Origin: a candidate division FCPU426 bacterium
Lineage (GTDB): Bacteria; Oederibacteriota; Muellerivitia; Muellerivitales; Muellerivitaceae
Length of the DNA stretch: 64,000 nt
Reading direction: 5' to 3'
Assembly (NCBI GenBank): GCA_963771075.1
Contig: CAVYSE010000020.1
Coordinates: forward strand, 32,001-96,000
A model generated the notes under the pieces. The model was not told where the DNA came from. It searched no databases and saw only the letters and a list, made by a program, of their open reading frames with translations. Of this stretch, positions 1 to 9,700 are shown piece by piece. Every line of letters starts with the position of its first letter. Position 1 is the first letter of the stretch. Both the position numbers and the translations under genes were made by a program.

Positions 1-2
1 TG

Positions 3-1358
3 ATCACGGTCGCGCAGTCGACCTTGGTCCCGACCAATAGCCCGACCAATAGCTTCACCTTCACTCCAACCTATACGGGAACCATCACCCCGACGATCAC
101 CATGACCCCTCCCTTTACGGCGACTCCCACCCCGACTTCGACCCCCTACCTTTTGTCGGTGGCGACCCTCGCGGGTACGCCCTCGGCTTCGTTACAGATT
201 CCCGGGGTGCAGAACGTGGCGGTGATGCAGTTGAGTGTGAACAACGCTGGATCAGCCCCAGTTACCTTATACGGATTGGTATTACAGGCGGTCGATTCCA
301 CCTATGGGTCACAGATCGAGGCGGTGGATCTTTTAAACGCCCAAGGCGCCTTATTGGATAGCAAGCCGTTTGGCAATTCGGGTTATGTGACCTTGGGAGG
401 CGCACCCCTGACAGTGCCGGGGTCTGGCGCGGTGACCTTCGGGGTGAATTATGACTTTCAGGCGTCGGCCGGGAATGGAACCTACACGGTGGGTTTGACG
501 GGTTTGCGGGGAGTCGATGACACCGGCCAACCGGTACAGGTATCGGGGATTCCGGTGACGGGCGCGGCCATCTCGATCGCCCAACCAACGGTGACTCAAA
601 CGGTCACCCCGACCAGCAGTCCCACCATCACCTTTACGCCCGCCAATACCTCCACGCCTTCTTGTCCAAGTGGGGAGTACAATTGCGGGGGCCAGTGCGT
701 CAATTTTCAAACCGACAACAATAATTGCGGGGCCTGTGGGTTTGCCTGCGCCGCTGGACAAGTTTGTTCGGGCGGTTCTTGCCAATTAAGCTGTGAGACC
801 GGCGAGACGAATTGTTCCGGGCAGTGCGTCAACCTTCAAACGAGCGACCAAAACTGCGGGACCTGTGGACATGCCTGCGCCGCTGGACAAGTATGTTCGG
901 GTGGTACTTGCGCCATTAGTTGTCAAAGTGGCTTAACGAATTGTTCGGGGGAGTGCACCAACCTGCAAACCGACAACAGCAACTGCGGAGCCTGCGCTCA
1001 CCCATGCGCGGCCGGGCAAATATGTTCGGGCGGTTCTTGCCAATTAAGTTGCGAGAACGGAGAAACCGCTTGTTCCGGGCAGTGCGTCAACCTTCAAACG
1101 AGCAACCAAAACTGCGGGGCGTGTGGGGTTGCCTGCGCCTCTGGACAAGTATGTTCGAGCGGGAAATGCACAATTACCTGTCCTTCGGGCGAAACCGCAT
1201 GCCCTTCTTCTAGCCCGACCGGTTGTTTCAATCTCTCCAATGATGTCAACAACTGCGGGTCGTGCGGGCATGTGTGCGCTCCCGGCCTGGATTGTGTTGG
1301 CAGTAGTTGCGTCAATACGGTGCCAACCGTAACACCGACCCCGACCGCCACGCCCTGA
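3..1358 (+). CDS. 5'-truncated secreted/surface protein: Thr/Pro-rich linkers, Ig-like domain and five Cys-rich Stig1/MXAN_6577-like repeats
   Basis: Frame is open from the window start. TPT-rich tracts flank a beta-rich domain. Repeats C-x-NLQTD-xx-NCGACG-x-ACAAGQVCSGG-x-C of ~43 aa. Confidence 0.8.
   Translation: MTVAQSTLVPTNSPTNSFTFTPTYTGTITPTITMTPPFTATPTPTSTPYLLSVATLAGTPSASLQIPGVQNVAVMQLSVNNAGSAPVTLYGLVLQAVDSTYGSQIEAVDLLNAQGALLDSKPFGNSGYVTLGGAPLTVPGSGAVTFGVNYDFQASAGNGTYTVGLTGLRGVDDTGQPVQVSGIPVTGAAISIAQPTVTQTVTPTSSPTITFTPANTSTPSCPSGEYNCGGQCVNFQTDNNNCGACGFACAAGQVCSGGSCQLSCETGETNCSGQCVNLQTSDQNCGTCGHACAAGQVCSGGTCAISCQSGLTNCSGECTNLQTDNSNCGACAHPCAAGQICSGGSCQLSCENGETACSGQCVNLQTSNQNCGACGVACASGQVCSSGKCTITCPSGETACPSSSPTGCFNLSNDVNNCGSCGHVCAPGLDCVGSSCVNTVPTVTPTPTATP
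661..1312 (+). repeat. Intragenic tandem repeats, ~129 bp/43 aa x5 (Cys-rich)
   Basis: GGGCAGTGCGTCAACCTTCAAACGAGC recurs 258 bp (two units) apart; the peptide repeats are visible in the translation. Confidence 0.85.
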
Positions 1359-1380
1359 CGGGAACTACGTCCAGAGTAAG

Positions 1381-1401
1381 CCCTCCCCCGACGGGGGAGG
1401 G
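1381..1401. repeat. GC-rich palindrome (REP-like/terminator-like hairpin)
   Basis: CCCTCCCCC-GAC-GGGGGAGGG just downstream of the stop codon. Confidence 0.5.
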
Positions 1402-1653
1402 AAGTGCCGGTTATCCAATCATCCACCGGTGTGAGACGGCTAAAACCATGGTGGAAAAAGGTTACCAGGAACATATCCAAATCCTTTACGCCTTGGGTGT
1501 CATGGATCGTCGCGGCTGAAAATTAAAATCAATCGGTGAATTAATTTGAAATTTACATTCCCGCCTCTACAAGATTGATAGTATCATTCATGAAGTTCGA
1601 CGCCCCCTTTTTGAAATTGAGGGGAATGTAAATAAAAAATTAGGGGAGCCGCG

Positions 1654-3291
1654 ATGAAGCATCAAGGGTGGACTTTATTTCTCGTGTTGGTATTAGGCCA
1701 AGCCTTGGTCCTGTCCCACCTGGCCTGCGGGGGCGGAAACAACAACCCGACGACTCCTGGCGGCAATAATAACGGGTCCAACCCAACCTCAACCTTTACC
1801 ACGACCGCCCAAGCGACCAACACCCAGACTTCCAGCCCTACCTTCACGAAAACCCTTGTCAATTCGCCCAGCCCCACCTTGACCCTCACGAACACCCCGA
1901 CCAACTCGCCCACGGGCACTCCCACTGTTACCTCCACCCCGACCTTGACGGGAACCATCACGAACACGCCAGTCTTCACCGCTACCGGCACCATCACCGG
2001 CACGCCGACCTCCAGCTCGACTGAAACGGCCACCGATGTTCCTAGCGGCACCCCCACAACCACGTCCACTACCACGTCCACCCCCATCATGACCGGAACC
2101 CTCACCTTTACCGCGACCGCTGACCCTTCCGATACGCCTACCGCCAGTGGGACCCCAACCGCGACCTTAACCCAAACGGATACACCCACGGACTTGCCCA
2201 CAAGCACGCCGACCGACCTGCCCTCCGCCACGCCCACCCAAACCTCGACCTCGACGGTGGGAATTGGTTCCGCTTGCTCGTACGACAGTGACTGCGCCAC
2301 CGGGGATTATTGCTCGGGCGTGACCTGCGCGGCGAAATTGAACCAAGGCAATGTTTGCTCGGCGGCCGATCAATGTATAACCGGTAATTGTGTGGATGGT
2401 TATTGTTGTAATACCGCTTGCGGAAGTGGTGTTTGTTCGGCGGTCCTAAAGGGCGGAGGATCGAATGGGGTTTGTGGTTGTATAGCGATTGGCCTTCCAT
2501 ACCCCTTGAGTCCCAATCAATGCTGTACCAGTTACGGGGCAGGCGGGGTTTGCCAAAACGCGCCAACACTCACGCCCACCGTTACCCCGACCTCCACGCC
2601 GTCCGCGACCCCCACCTCCACACCCACCGCCAGCCCCACCGTTACCTTAACCGGCACTTTCACTCCCACGCCTGGGTCGAACGGTGTGACCTGGACTTTC
2701 TCGGATTGCGGGTCGGGCAGTTCCGGCCCCACGGACGGATGGATTCAGGCCTCCCCGACATCCCCTTCAACTTTGGTTTCCATTCAAACCATCACGGGTT
2801 TGGGTAGTGGGCTTGTTGGTTCAAGCACTTGCGGATTGGCTTTCTATCTCCCCGGAGGCGCCATGTCGAATGGTATGTGTAGCTGGCAGTCAACGGGGAC
2901 GGACATCGAGACAGTTTCGGCCTACGCTAACTTATCTGTACCCATCAACTGGACCCAAAACGGGTTAACCACGATATCCCTTCAATTTACCTATAATGGT
3001 TATGGAGCCGGTATCCAACCGATCATCGTGGCGGGTTCCGGTCCGACGACTTACAGTGGAACCGTCGTTAATGACAACCAAAGTTCACCCAGTTGGTTGA
3101 CGGCCATCTTTAGTCCATCCTTCAACGGTTCTGATGGAACCCAAGTTTTGGCGGCCGGTTTAGTTGTGAACGAAATGGCTCCACCCCTCTCCATGCCCAA
3201 TCCACATCCCCCCCCCGCTACTATTTGCGCGCCGTCCGGTGAAGAATTGGGCCCTGAAACCATATACGTTGATAACATTGAATTTTATTGA
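1654..3291 (+). CDS. Lipoprotein with long Thr/Pro stalk, Cys-rich domain and C-terminal beta-sandwich (CBM-like) domain
   Basis: SD GGGGAG. Hydrophobic signal ending in lipobox LAC-GGG. ~170-aa T/P tract, Cys-rich block, and C-terminal ...IYVDNIEFY typical of CBM-like jelly-rolls. Confidence 0.75.
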   Translation: MKHQGWTLFLVLVLGQALVLSHLACGGGNNNPTTPGGNNNGSNPTSTFTTTAQATNTQTSSPTFTKTLVNSPSPTLTLTNTPTNSPTGTPTVTSTPTLTGTITNTPVFTATGTITGTPTSSSTETATDVPSGTPTTTSTTTSTPIMTGTLTFTATADPSDTPTASGTPTATLTQTDTPTDLPTSTPTDLPSATPTQTSTSTVGIGSACSYDSDCATGDYCSGVTCAAKLNQGNVCSAADQCITGNCVDGYCCNTACGSGVCSAVLKGGGSNGVCGCIAIGLPYPLSPNQCCTSYGAGGVCQNAPTLTPTVTPTSTPSATPTSTPTASPTVTLTGTFTPTPGSNGVTWTFSDCGSGSSGPTDGWIQASPTSPSTLVSIQTITGLGSGLVGSSTCGLAFYLPGGAMSNGMCSWQSTGTDIETVSAYANLSVPINWTQNGLTTISLQFTYNGYGAGIQPIIVAGSGPTTYSGTVVNDNQSSPSWLTAIFSPSFNGSDGTQVLAAGLVVNEMAPPLSMPNPHPPPATICAPSGEELGPETIYVDNIEFY

Positions 3292-3829
3292 TCAGCTTCA
3301 CTAAAGCGCGATCCCTGAAAGGATTTGACCTATCAAGCGGTATCGTTCAATCCCCGGGTTCCCGTTAATTGTGTCGGCAATATTTTCACATGCCTGCGGT
3401 ACCAGTGAAAAAAGGGGCAAAACCCCTTTTTCCATCCTGCTACCTCACCCTGAGGCGGCGTGACAAATAACCGGGCCGGAAAAAATTTCAGGTTTTGAAT
3501 TTCTGCTTTCTGCCAAATCACGCCTTCCCATGGCTTCTTTACCAAACACCGACCCACTAGGAGAAACATTTGTTGGCGGCCGAGACCAATGAAAATTAAA
3601 ATCAATCGTACGAAGCCCATCATCTGGGTGGTGTCCACCCAATTGGCCAAAGCCACCCTGTGGGACTCAGTTATCAAATTTAAGGGTTTTTTGAAGATTT
3701 TGGTAAATCAACTCTTTTGCCGTTTGATTTCTTCCCCATCGGAAAGTTCGCTTTCCCTCCTGTCCGGCTTCAGGCCGGTCCCAGGGCCTAAAGCGGCCAG
3801 ATGAGGGACGGCATTCTCAGAAATACCCC

Positions 3830-4090
3830 TAATTCCCTTATTTGAATTCGTGGCTTGGTCACGAATTACCCTCCTTCGGGGCCTACAGCGCCTAATCGTA
3901 CGGCAGAACTCTTCGAAATCCCTTCATTTTGTGTGACCGTAATACGGGCTCGTAAGGCCATCGCTTCGAGGTATGGGAGGGGTAATAGCCGAAGCGCCCG
4001 CCCAACCTTTTCCGAGGCAGACCCTTACCGGTCCGTAATGCGTCTTTGGGTCAGTATCGGGTTGGCGCTTTGCATTGGAATATGCACAAT
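3830..4090 (-). pseudogene. Decayed helix-turn-helix gene remnant, copy 1
   Basis: Minus strand reads ANPILTQRRITDR*GSASEKVGRALRLL; 4035-4066 is 31/32 identical to 4605-4636. Confidence 0.45.
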
Positions 4091-4291
4091 CCGACTGCCC
4101 GAGTCCTCATAAAAGAAAATCCTCAAAAAACCCTTAAAAATGGCATTCGCCCGGCGAATGCGAAAAATAAGGGTTTTTCGCGTGGATGGTTTGGGTACTA
4201 ATAGACCCTTTAAAATAAGGGATTTGCTTGTCCGAGGATCGGACAAGTGGAAATAAGGGAATTGGCCATCTCCTGGGAAAAGCCAGGGCTC

Positions 4292-4330
4292 GTTGCCAAT
4301 TAACGTCAGGGCCTGACGTTAATTGGCAAC
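4292..4330. repeat. Perfect 39-bp palindrome (19-bp arms, 1-nt spacer)
   Basis: GTTGCCAATTAACGTCAGG-G-CCTGACGTTAATTGGCAAC. Confidence 0.95.
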
Positions 4331-4381
4331 AAGAATCACCCCACATCTAAAACAAGGGAGTTCTAATTCGGAGTATCCGAT

Positions 4382-4700
4382 TTATAAAATAAGGGTTTTT
4401 TGAAAACCGAGGGAAGCCTTTTGGCATTGGCCGACCTTTGGGACTAAACCGGCCAAATGGGATAAAGCCAAATCAGAAATACTCAAATTTCCCTTATTTT
4501 TAGTGTTCGTAATACGAACAATCAAATCCCTAGCTTCATGGTTGAGGAGGAGCAGAAGACGATGCGCCCGGGTTACCTTCTCCCGGTCAAACCCTAATCG
4601 GTTTGTAATGCGTCTTTGGGTCAGGATCGGGTTGGCCCGGATCAGGGTTTCGATGGCCTGGTAGTTTGCGAACCAGCCCTTATCACAAACGCCATGGTCA
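4382..4700 (-). pseudogene. Start-less ParB/recombinase-associated HTH-like frame, copy 2
   Basis: Open minus frame: YQAIETLIRANPILTQRRITNRLGFDREKVTRAHRLLLLLNHEARDLI... It resembles the LTQxxIAxxLGxSRxxVTxxLxLL HTH pattern and has no suitable start codon. Confidence 0.45.
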
Positions 4701-4800
4701 ATCGGGGTTTATCAGGACTCCATCGTCAGGGGCTTGGTCGGATCGGGTTGAACTATCGCGGGGTAACAAAGGGCCCGGGCTGGATCTTTTGTTCACGAAA

Positions 4801-4838
4801 ATGAAAAAGCCCGAACAATTTTGCCCAGGCTTATTTCA
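4801..4838 (-). terminator. Intrinsic terminator downstream of the Lys-rich micro-ORF
   Basis: Minus strand: AAGCCTGGGCAA-AA-TTGTTCGGGC-TTTTT. Confidence 0.65.
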
Positions 4839-4856
4839 ACTAAACAATAAAACTAA

Positions 4857-4898
4857 TTACTTCTTTTTCTTCTTGGCGGGTTTCTTCTTCGTGGCCAC
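4857..4898 (-). CDS. 13-aa lysine-rich micropeptide MATKKKPAKKKKK
   Basis: AGGAGG SD 6 nt upstream of GTG, TAA stop, terminator follows; too short for the ORF track. Confidence 0.6.
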   Translation of the reverse strand: MATKKKPAKKKKK

Positions 4899-5424
4899 AG
4901 TGGACCTCCTTAAGTTTTAAAATCATATTGATATTAACATACTTTACCGAGAATTTTATATTTTTAATTTCAAAAAAAGAAATGTACTTCAACCGCATTT
5001 TATATTTTTTCGAAAGCAGTCGGAATGTGCGCAGAACTTGGAACAGGAATTCTTTAGAGCTTATATCCTCGGGGGCGTTAAATAGTCACGGAGTTTGCGA
5101 TTAGCCACGACGGGCCATGTAGCTAAGCGCAAGCGCATGCTACAGGGCGGGGAACCACATTGGACATCTCCCAAAACGCTTTTGAACAATGTTTTCTAAT
5201 AAAATCTTCCGCCCTGTAATACCTCTTCATAATTCATTGATAAAACCAGCCTAAATACCATTCTTTTGGATTTGTCAAAATCTCTTAGTGGTGTAATCAT
5301 TGTTTTTACAGGCTTTTTTGTTGAATCCCTAACTGATTGAAAATAACGTAATTTTTTTGGAATAAACGGTTTCCCTCCGTCCTTTAATAGGTAGAGGAGG
5401 GGTTAGGTTAATGGAGGTATCCAT

Positions 5425-6003
5425 TTGGATGACCGGGCCTTGGTTCAAGGGCTCTTAAGTAAGGAGGGGTCTTCCGAGCGGTTCTTCTTCCATACCTACC
5501 GTCCCAAACTTTACCGCATCGCGACCTTCATCCTGGGATACAACGACCCCGAGGTGGAGGACGTGGTTCAGGAAACTTTCCTGGCCGCGCTCCAGGACCT
5601 CCCCAAATTCAAGTTCCACTGCGATTTTTTCCGCTGGTTGCGCCGCATCTGCGTTTACCGGTGTTACGAACGCATCCGCCGGAGGAAACGCCAGGCCGTC
5701 AGCGCCCACGAGGAGCTGGAAAATCTAACCCACCGGGCCGCAGTGGAAAAGGAAGATTCGAGGGCCAGGGAAGTGGAAGAACACGATCTTTTGAAAGTTC
5801 TCCGGGAAGAGATCGCAGGTTTGGGGAAAAAGTGCCGGGAAATTCTCGAGCTGCGGGACCGGCGTGGAAAAAATTACGCGGAGTTATCCAAACTCCTGAA
5901 AGTTCCCATCGGCACCGTGATGTCCCGCCTGGCCCGGTGCAAGGAAACACTGAAGGAACGGGTGTTCAGGGCGGCCCGAAAAAGGGGGCTCCTCGATGGA
6001 TAA
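5425..6003 (+). CDS. ECF-family RNA polymerase sigma-70 factor
   Basis: Region 2 (EDVVQETFL...FFRWLRRI) and region 4 (YAELSKLLKVPIGTVMSRLAR); SD GGAGG. Confidence 0.92.
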   Translation: MDDRALVQGLLSKEGSSERFFFHTYRPKLYRIATFILGYNDPEVEDVVQETFLAALQDLPKFKFHCDFFRWLRRICVYRCYERIRRRKRQAVSAHEELENLTHRAAVEKEDSRAREVEEHDLLKVLREEIAGLGKKCREILELRDRRGKNYAELSKLLKVPIGTVMSRLARCKETLKERVFRAARKRGLLDG

Positions 6004-6652
6004 ACTGATCGAGAAATTTTTCAAGTCCGAACTGACCGAGGCCGAGGAAAAGGCCCTGGCACGGAGCCTGGAAAAATCCGAGGAGGTCGCTGGGCAGTTC
6101 TCGGATAGGGCTGAGCGGGCCTATTTATCCTACGGCCTGCCCCAACCCCGAGTGCCGGGTCCCTGGACGCATTTCGTCCATTCGGCCTGGGGGAAGCTGA
6201 TGCCCCTGGTTTTGGCGGTTGGCGGAATCACGGTCATATATCTAGGCACGAAGCCGGTGGTCGAACAGACACCCCCGGCGGTCATCTCGGGCGGGGTGGA
6301 GGGGACTATGCATACACCGACGATACCGAAAGTGAAAGCACGGGTGGTCCGGCCCTCGTCCCCGGTGAAATGGCTGGGAGCGCCTCCAAGAGAGGAACTG
6401 GATACCGATTACCACCACTTGAGGGTGGTCGTGAACCAGGAGGGTGACGGAATCGTCACAGTCAGGGTTTTGGGGCCGGAGGGAAACGAGGTTCGGCGGC
6501 TTTATGACGGGCCGCTGGAAGAGGGTTGGTGGGCCTTCATTTGGGACGGCATATTAGAAAACGGTCATCCGGCCTCGCCGGGGGTTTACCGCATCGAGGT
6601 GGGAAGCGCATCCGGTATCAAAAGCCAGGAAGTTGCGGTTAATACGAAATAA
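5996..6652 (+). CDS. Putative membrane anti-sigma factor with C-terminal FlgD Ig-like domain
   Basis: Overlaps the sigma stop. Short N-terminal domain, one TM helix (LMPLVLAVGGITVIYL), C-terminal VRRLYDG...WDG..ENG.PASPGVYRI motif. Confidence 0.7.
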   Translation: MDKLIEKFFKSELTEAEEKALARSLEKSEEVAGQFSDRAERAYLSYGLPQPRVPGPWTHFVHSAWGKLMPLVLAVGGITVIYLGTKPVVEQTPPAVISGGVEGTMHTPTIPKVKARVVRPSSPVKWLGAPPREELDTDYHHLRVVVNQEGDGIVTVRVLGPEGNEVRRLYDGPLEEGWWAFIWDGILENGHPASPGVYRIEVGSASGIKSQEVAVNTK

Positions 6653-6733
6653 AATGCTGTTGGATGGGGCCGGGAGGTGAACCCGGTCGGGGAGCCATCC
6701 TTTTATCGGTTCAAAAGATTGAGGGAGGCTGGT

Positions 6734-9700
6734 ATGAAGTTTAATCCAATGGGCGGGAATGGCTCCACTATAACCCCGGAGGAATCATTTTTGGGTCGTA
6801 AATCCTAAGGATCCCTAGGCGTATTCTGGGCATTCCTTTTAGTCGCCGGAGGGTGGTTGTTGAGCCCGGGCGCCATCGCCCAAACAAATACTCCGACCCT
6901 GACCGTGACGATGACTTCGACCCCGGCTCCCGTCACGGTGGAACTGACGCCGGATGTAGCGCTCTCTAACGCCACCCAAGCCCCGGGAGCGGCCAATGTC
7001 CCGGTCAGCGAGCCCTTTATTATCAACTTGTATGGACAGCAGCCCGTCACTTGGACCGCATTGACCGTGACCGCATCAGGGACGGGAAACACTGCCGGTA
7101 TTACCAGTCTTCAGGTTTATCTGGACAACGATTACAGCGGCACCGTCGATGCGGGGGACACTCTCCTGGGTGCGGGCACTTTCAGCGGTTCGACCGCCAC
7201 TATCCCCCTGAGCTACATTCTTTCCCCCGACGGTTTTGGTTCGTTCCTGGTTGTCGCCAATTTCTCCTCGAGCGCCGTTACTGGCACCTACGCTTTCAAC
7301 ATCACGGGAATGACTGGATCCTCCAATCTGCCCGTGGCCTTTACCGGTTTACCCTTCGCGGGAGTCACCATCACGATCCCCGGCCCCACGCCCACCGTGA
7401 CCAATACCAGAACCATTTCCTCCACGCCGACCTCCACCCTTACTTCGACTATCACCTTGACAGCGACCGTCACCAACACCCCTTCTGGTACCTGGTATGC
7501 CACCCCCTGGACCAACACCCCCATCCCCCCAAATTCCTATACGCCAACCCCTATATTCACTTATACCCCCACGCCGGGATGGTTCAACGTGGCGTTAGGG
7601 CCCAATTCACCGACTTTTAACAATCCCTTATTGGTGGGTACCAGTAATCTCCCGGTGATCCAAGTTGTGTTGAGGAATGATAGCGGCTATTCCGCCACAC
7701 TCACTGGATTGACCTTTACGGATACGGGCTCGGGCACTCCCTCTTCCGGTATTGACAGCTTCCAGCTTTATAACGACCTCAACGGAAACGGAATCGTGGA
7801 CAATGGGGAACCCTTGTTGGGCGCCGCGAGTTTTACCGGTTCGACCGCCACCTTCAGTTTCACCCAGAACCTGGCGGCCGCCACTGGAAGTGTGACCTTG
7901 CTGGCTGTCGCCGAATTCGCGTCAACGGGAAGTACGGGAACCTATACCTTCAGCGTCACGGGAGGCTCCGGATTCAACGGTTTGGGCGGCCCGGAGGGTT
8001 TCAGCAACCTTCCAGCCACCGGTGCGCCTATCACTATCACCTACCCCACGCCCACCCTGACTTCAACCAACAGCTACACACCCACCGCTACCACCTCGGC
8101 CACCCCCAGCCCGACGAGCACCCCGACCAACTTGGGAGGCTTTACCTCCACGCCCACTCCCTGCGTCCCCGTTCTCCAATCCAGCTATACCTTCGACACG
8201 GGAACCGAGTGTTGGAGAACTTGGGGCGGGCCGGTAGGTTCTGTCCTACAGTGGGATTCAGTAGATGGCCATACCAATCCCGGTTCCTTGGAGGCCATCC
8301 TGCCCTATACGTCCGGCAGTGTCAGCCAGGCCCTGATTTTCCTGGACTTGTCCTCCGCGCCCCCGTGACCATTCCGGCGGGAAGCACCCTCAGTTTCTGG
8401 TATAAGGCCTCCACCTCGGTGGGAAACCTGCAAGTTTTCGATGCGAGCGTCACCCAGGGAAGCGGTGGACCCGTTTCCTACGTGTGGAACGATGGCAGCT
8501 GGCAATCCAGCCTGGCCACTTCCTGGACCCCGGTGACCTTTACCATGAACCCGGCGGGCCCCAACGCGGTGGAGGAGTTCGGGTTGCAAGTGCCGGCTGC
8601 GGCTGGCTCCATCACATCGCCGGTGACGGTTTGGGTCGACGATGTGACGATCAACCTGGCCGGATCGTTCACGGCCACACCGACCGTTGGATCTACCTCG
8701 TCCAGTTGCTATCTTTTTGCGACCCAATGGGGAGGTTACGGCACTGGGGACGGTACATTTAGCGAAACCACGGGCGTGGCGGTGGCTCCTTCCGGAAACG
8801 TTTATGTGGTGGACGCCGAGAACTACCTCATCCAGGAATTCACATCGAGCGGGTCTTTCTTGACCCAATGGGGAGGATCGGGTACCGGGTACGGGAAATT
8901 TGCCTTTCCCTGGGGGGTGGCGGTGGCCTCCTCTGGAAACGTTTATGTGACGGATATTGAAGACAACCTGATCCAGGAATTCACCTCGAACGGGACCTTC
9001 TTGACCCAATGGGGAGGCTCGGGAAACGGGTATGGGTTCTTCACGGCTCCCTATGGCGTAGCCGTGGCCCCCTCGGGAAACGTATATGTGGCGGATACCG
9101 AGAACAACCTCATCCAGGAATTCACCTCGAGCGGGTCTTTCTTGGCCCAATGGGGAGGCGCAGGATCCGGAAACGGATTTTTCGACTATTCCTTGGGGGT
9201 GGCGGTGGCTCCCTCGGGAAACGTTTATGTGGCGGATTTCGGGAACAACCTCATCCAGGAGTTCACATCCGGCGGGTCCTTCGTGACCCAATGGGGAGGT
9301 AACGGCACAGGGAACGGGAAGTTTGCCTATCCCTATGGCGTGGCGGTGGCCCTCTCAGGAAACGTATATGTGGCGGATACCGAGAACAACATCATCCAGG
9401 AATTCACATCGAACGGGTCTTTCTTGACCCAATGGGGAGGCTTAGGAGCCGGAAACGGGTTATTCGACTATCCCTTGGGTGTGGCAGTGGCACCTTCGGG
9501 AAATGTATATGTGGCGGATTATGGGAACGATCTTGTCCAGGAGTTCACCTCCTGCCTTTCCCCCACGCCCACGAGCAGCCCGACGGCCACCGTCTCTCCC
9601 ACGCCTACCAGCACCAATCTAGGGGGCCTGACCTCCACCGTGACGAAGACCCCCACGACCACGGTCACCGCGACCATCACGTCCACGCCGGTCTCTTGCT

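Noticed and set aside
3333..4920. Short ORF-track calls in the AT-rich spacer
   Set aside because: No SD or family motifs; better explained by decayed duplicated DNA
5141..5218. c-di-GMP-II riboswitch or 6S RNA
   Set aside because: Only superficial resemblance; conserved 3' elements are missing and it is too short for 6S
5359..5381. Autoregulatory ECF promoter GGAATA-N13-CGTC
   Set aside because: Spacing is short for typical ECF promoters and no second copy was found to support it
8366..8368. TGA as selenocysteine or Trp
   Set aside because: The coherent continuation (VTIPAGSTLSFW) is in a different frame, so this is a frameshift
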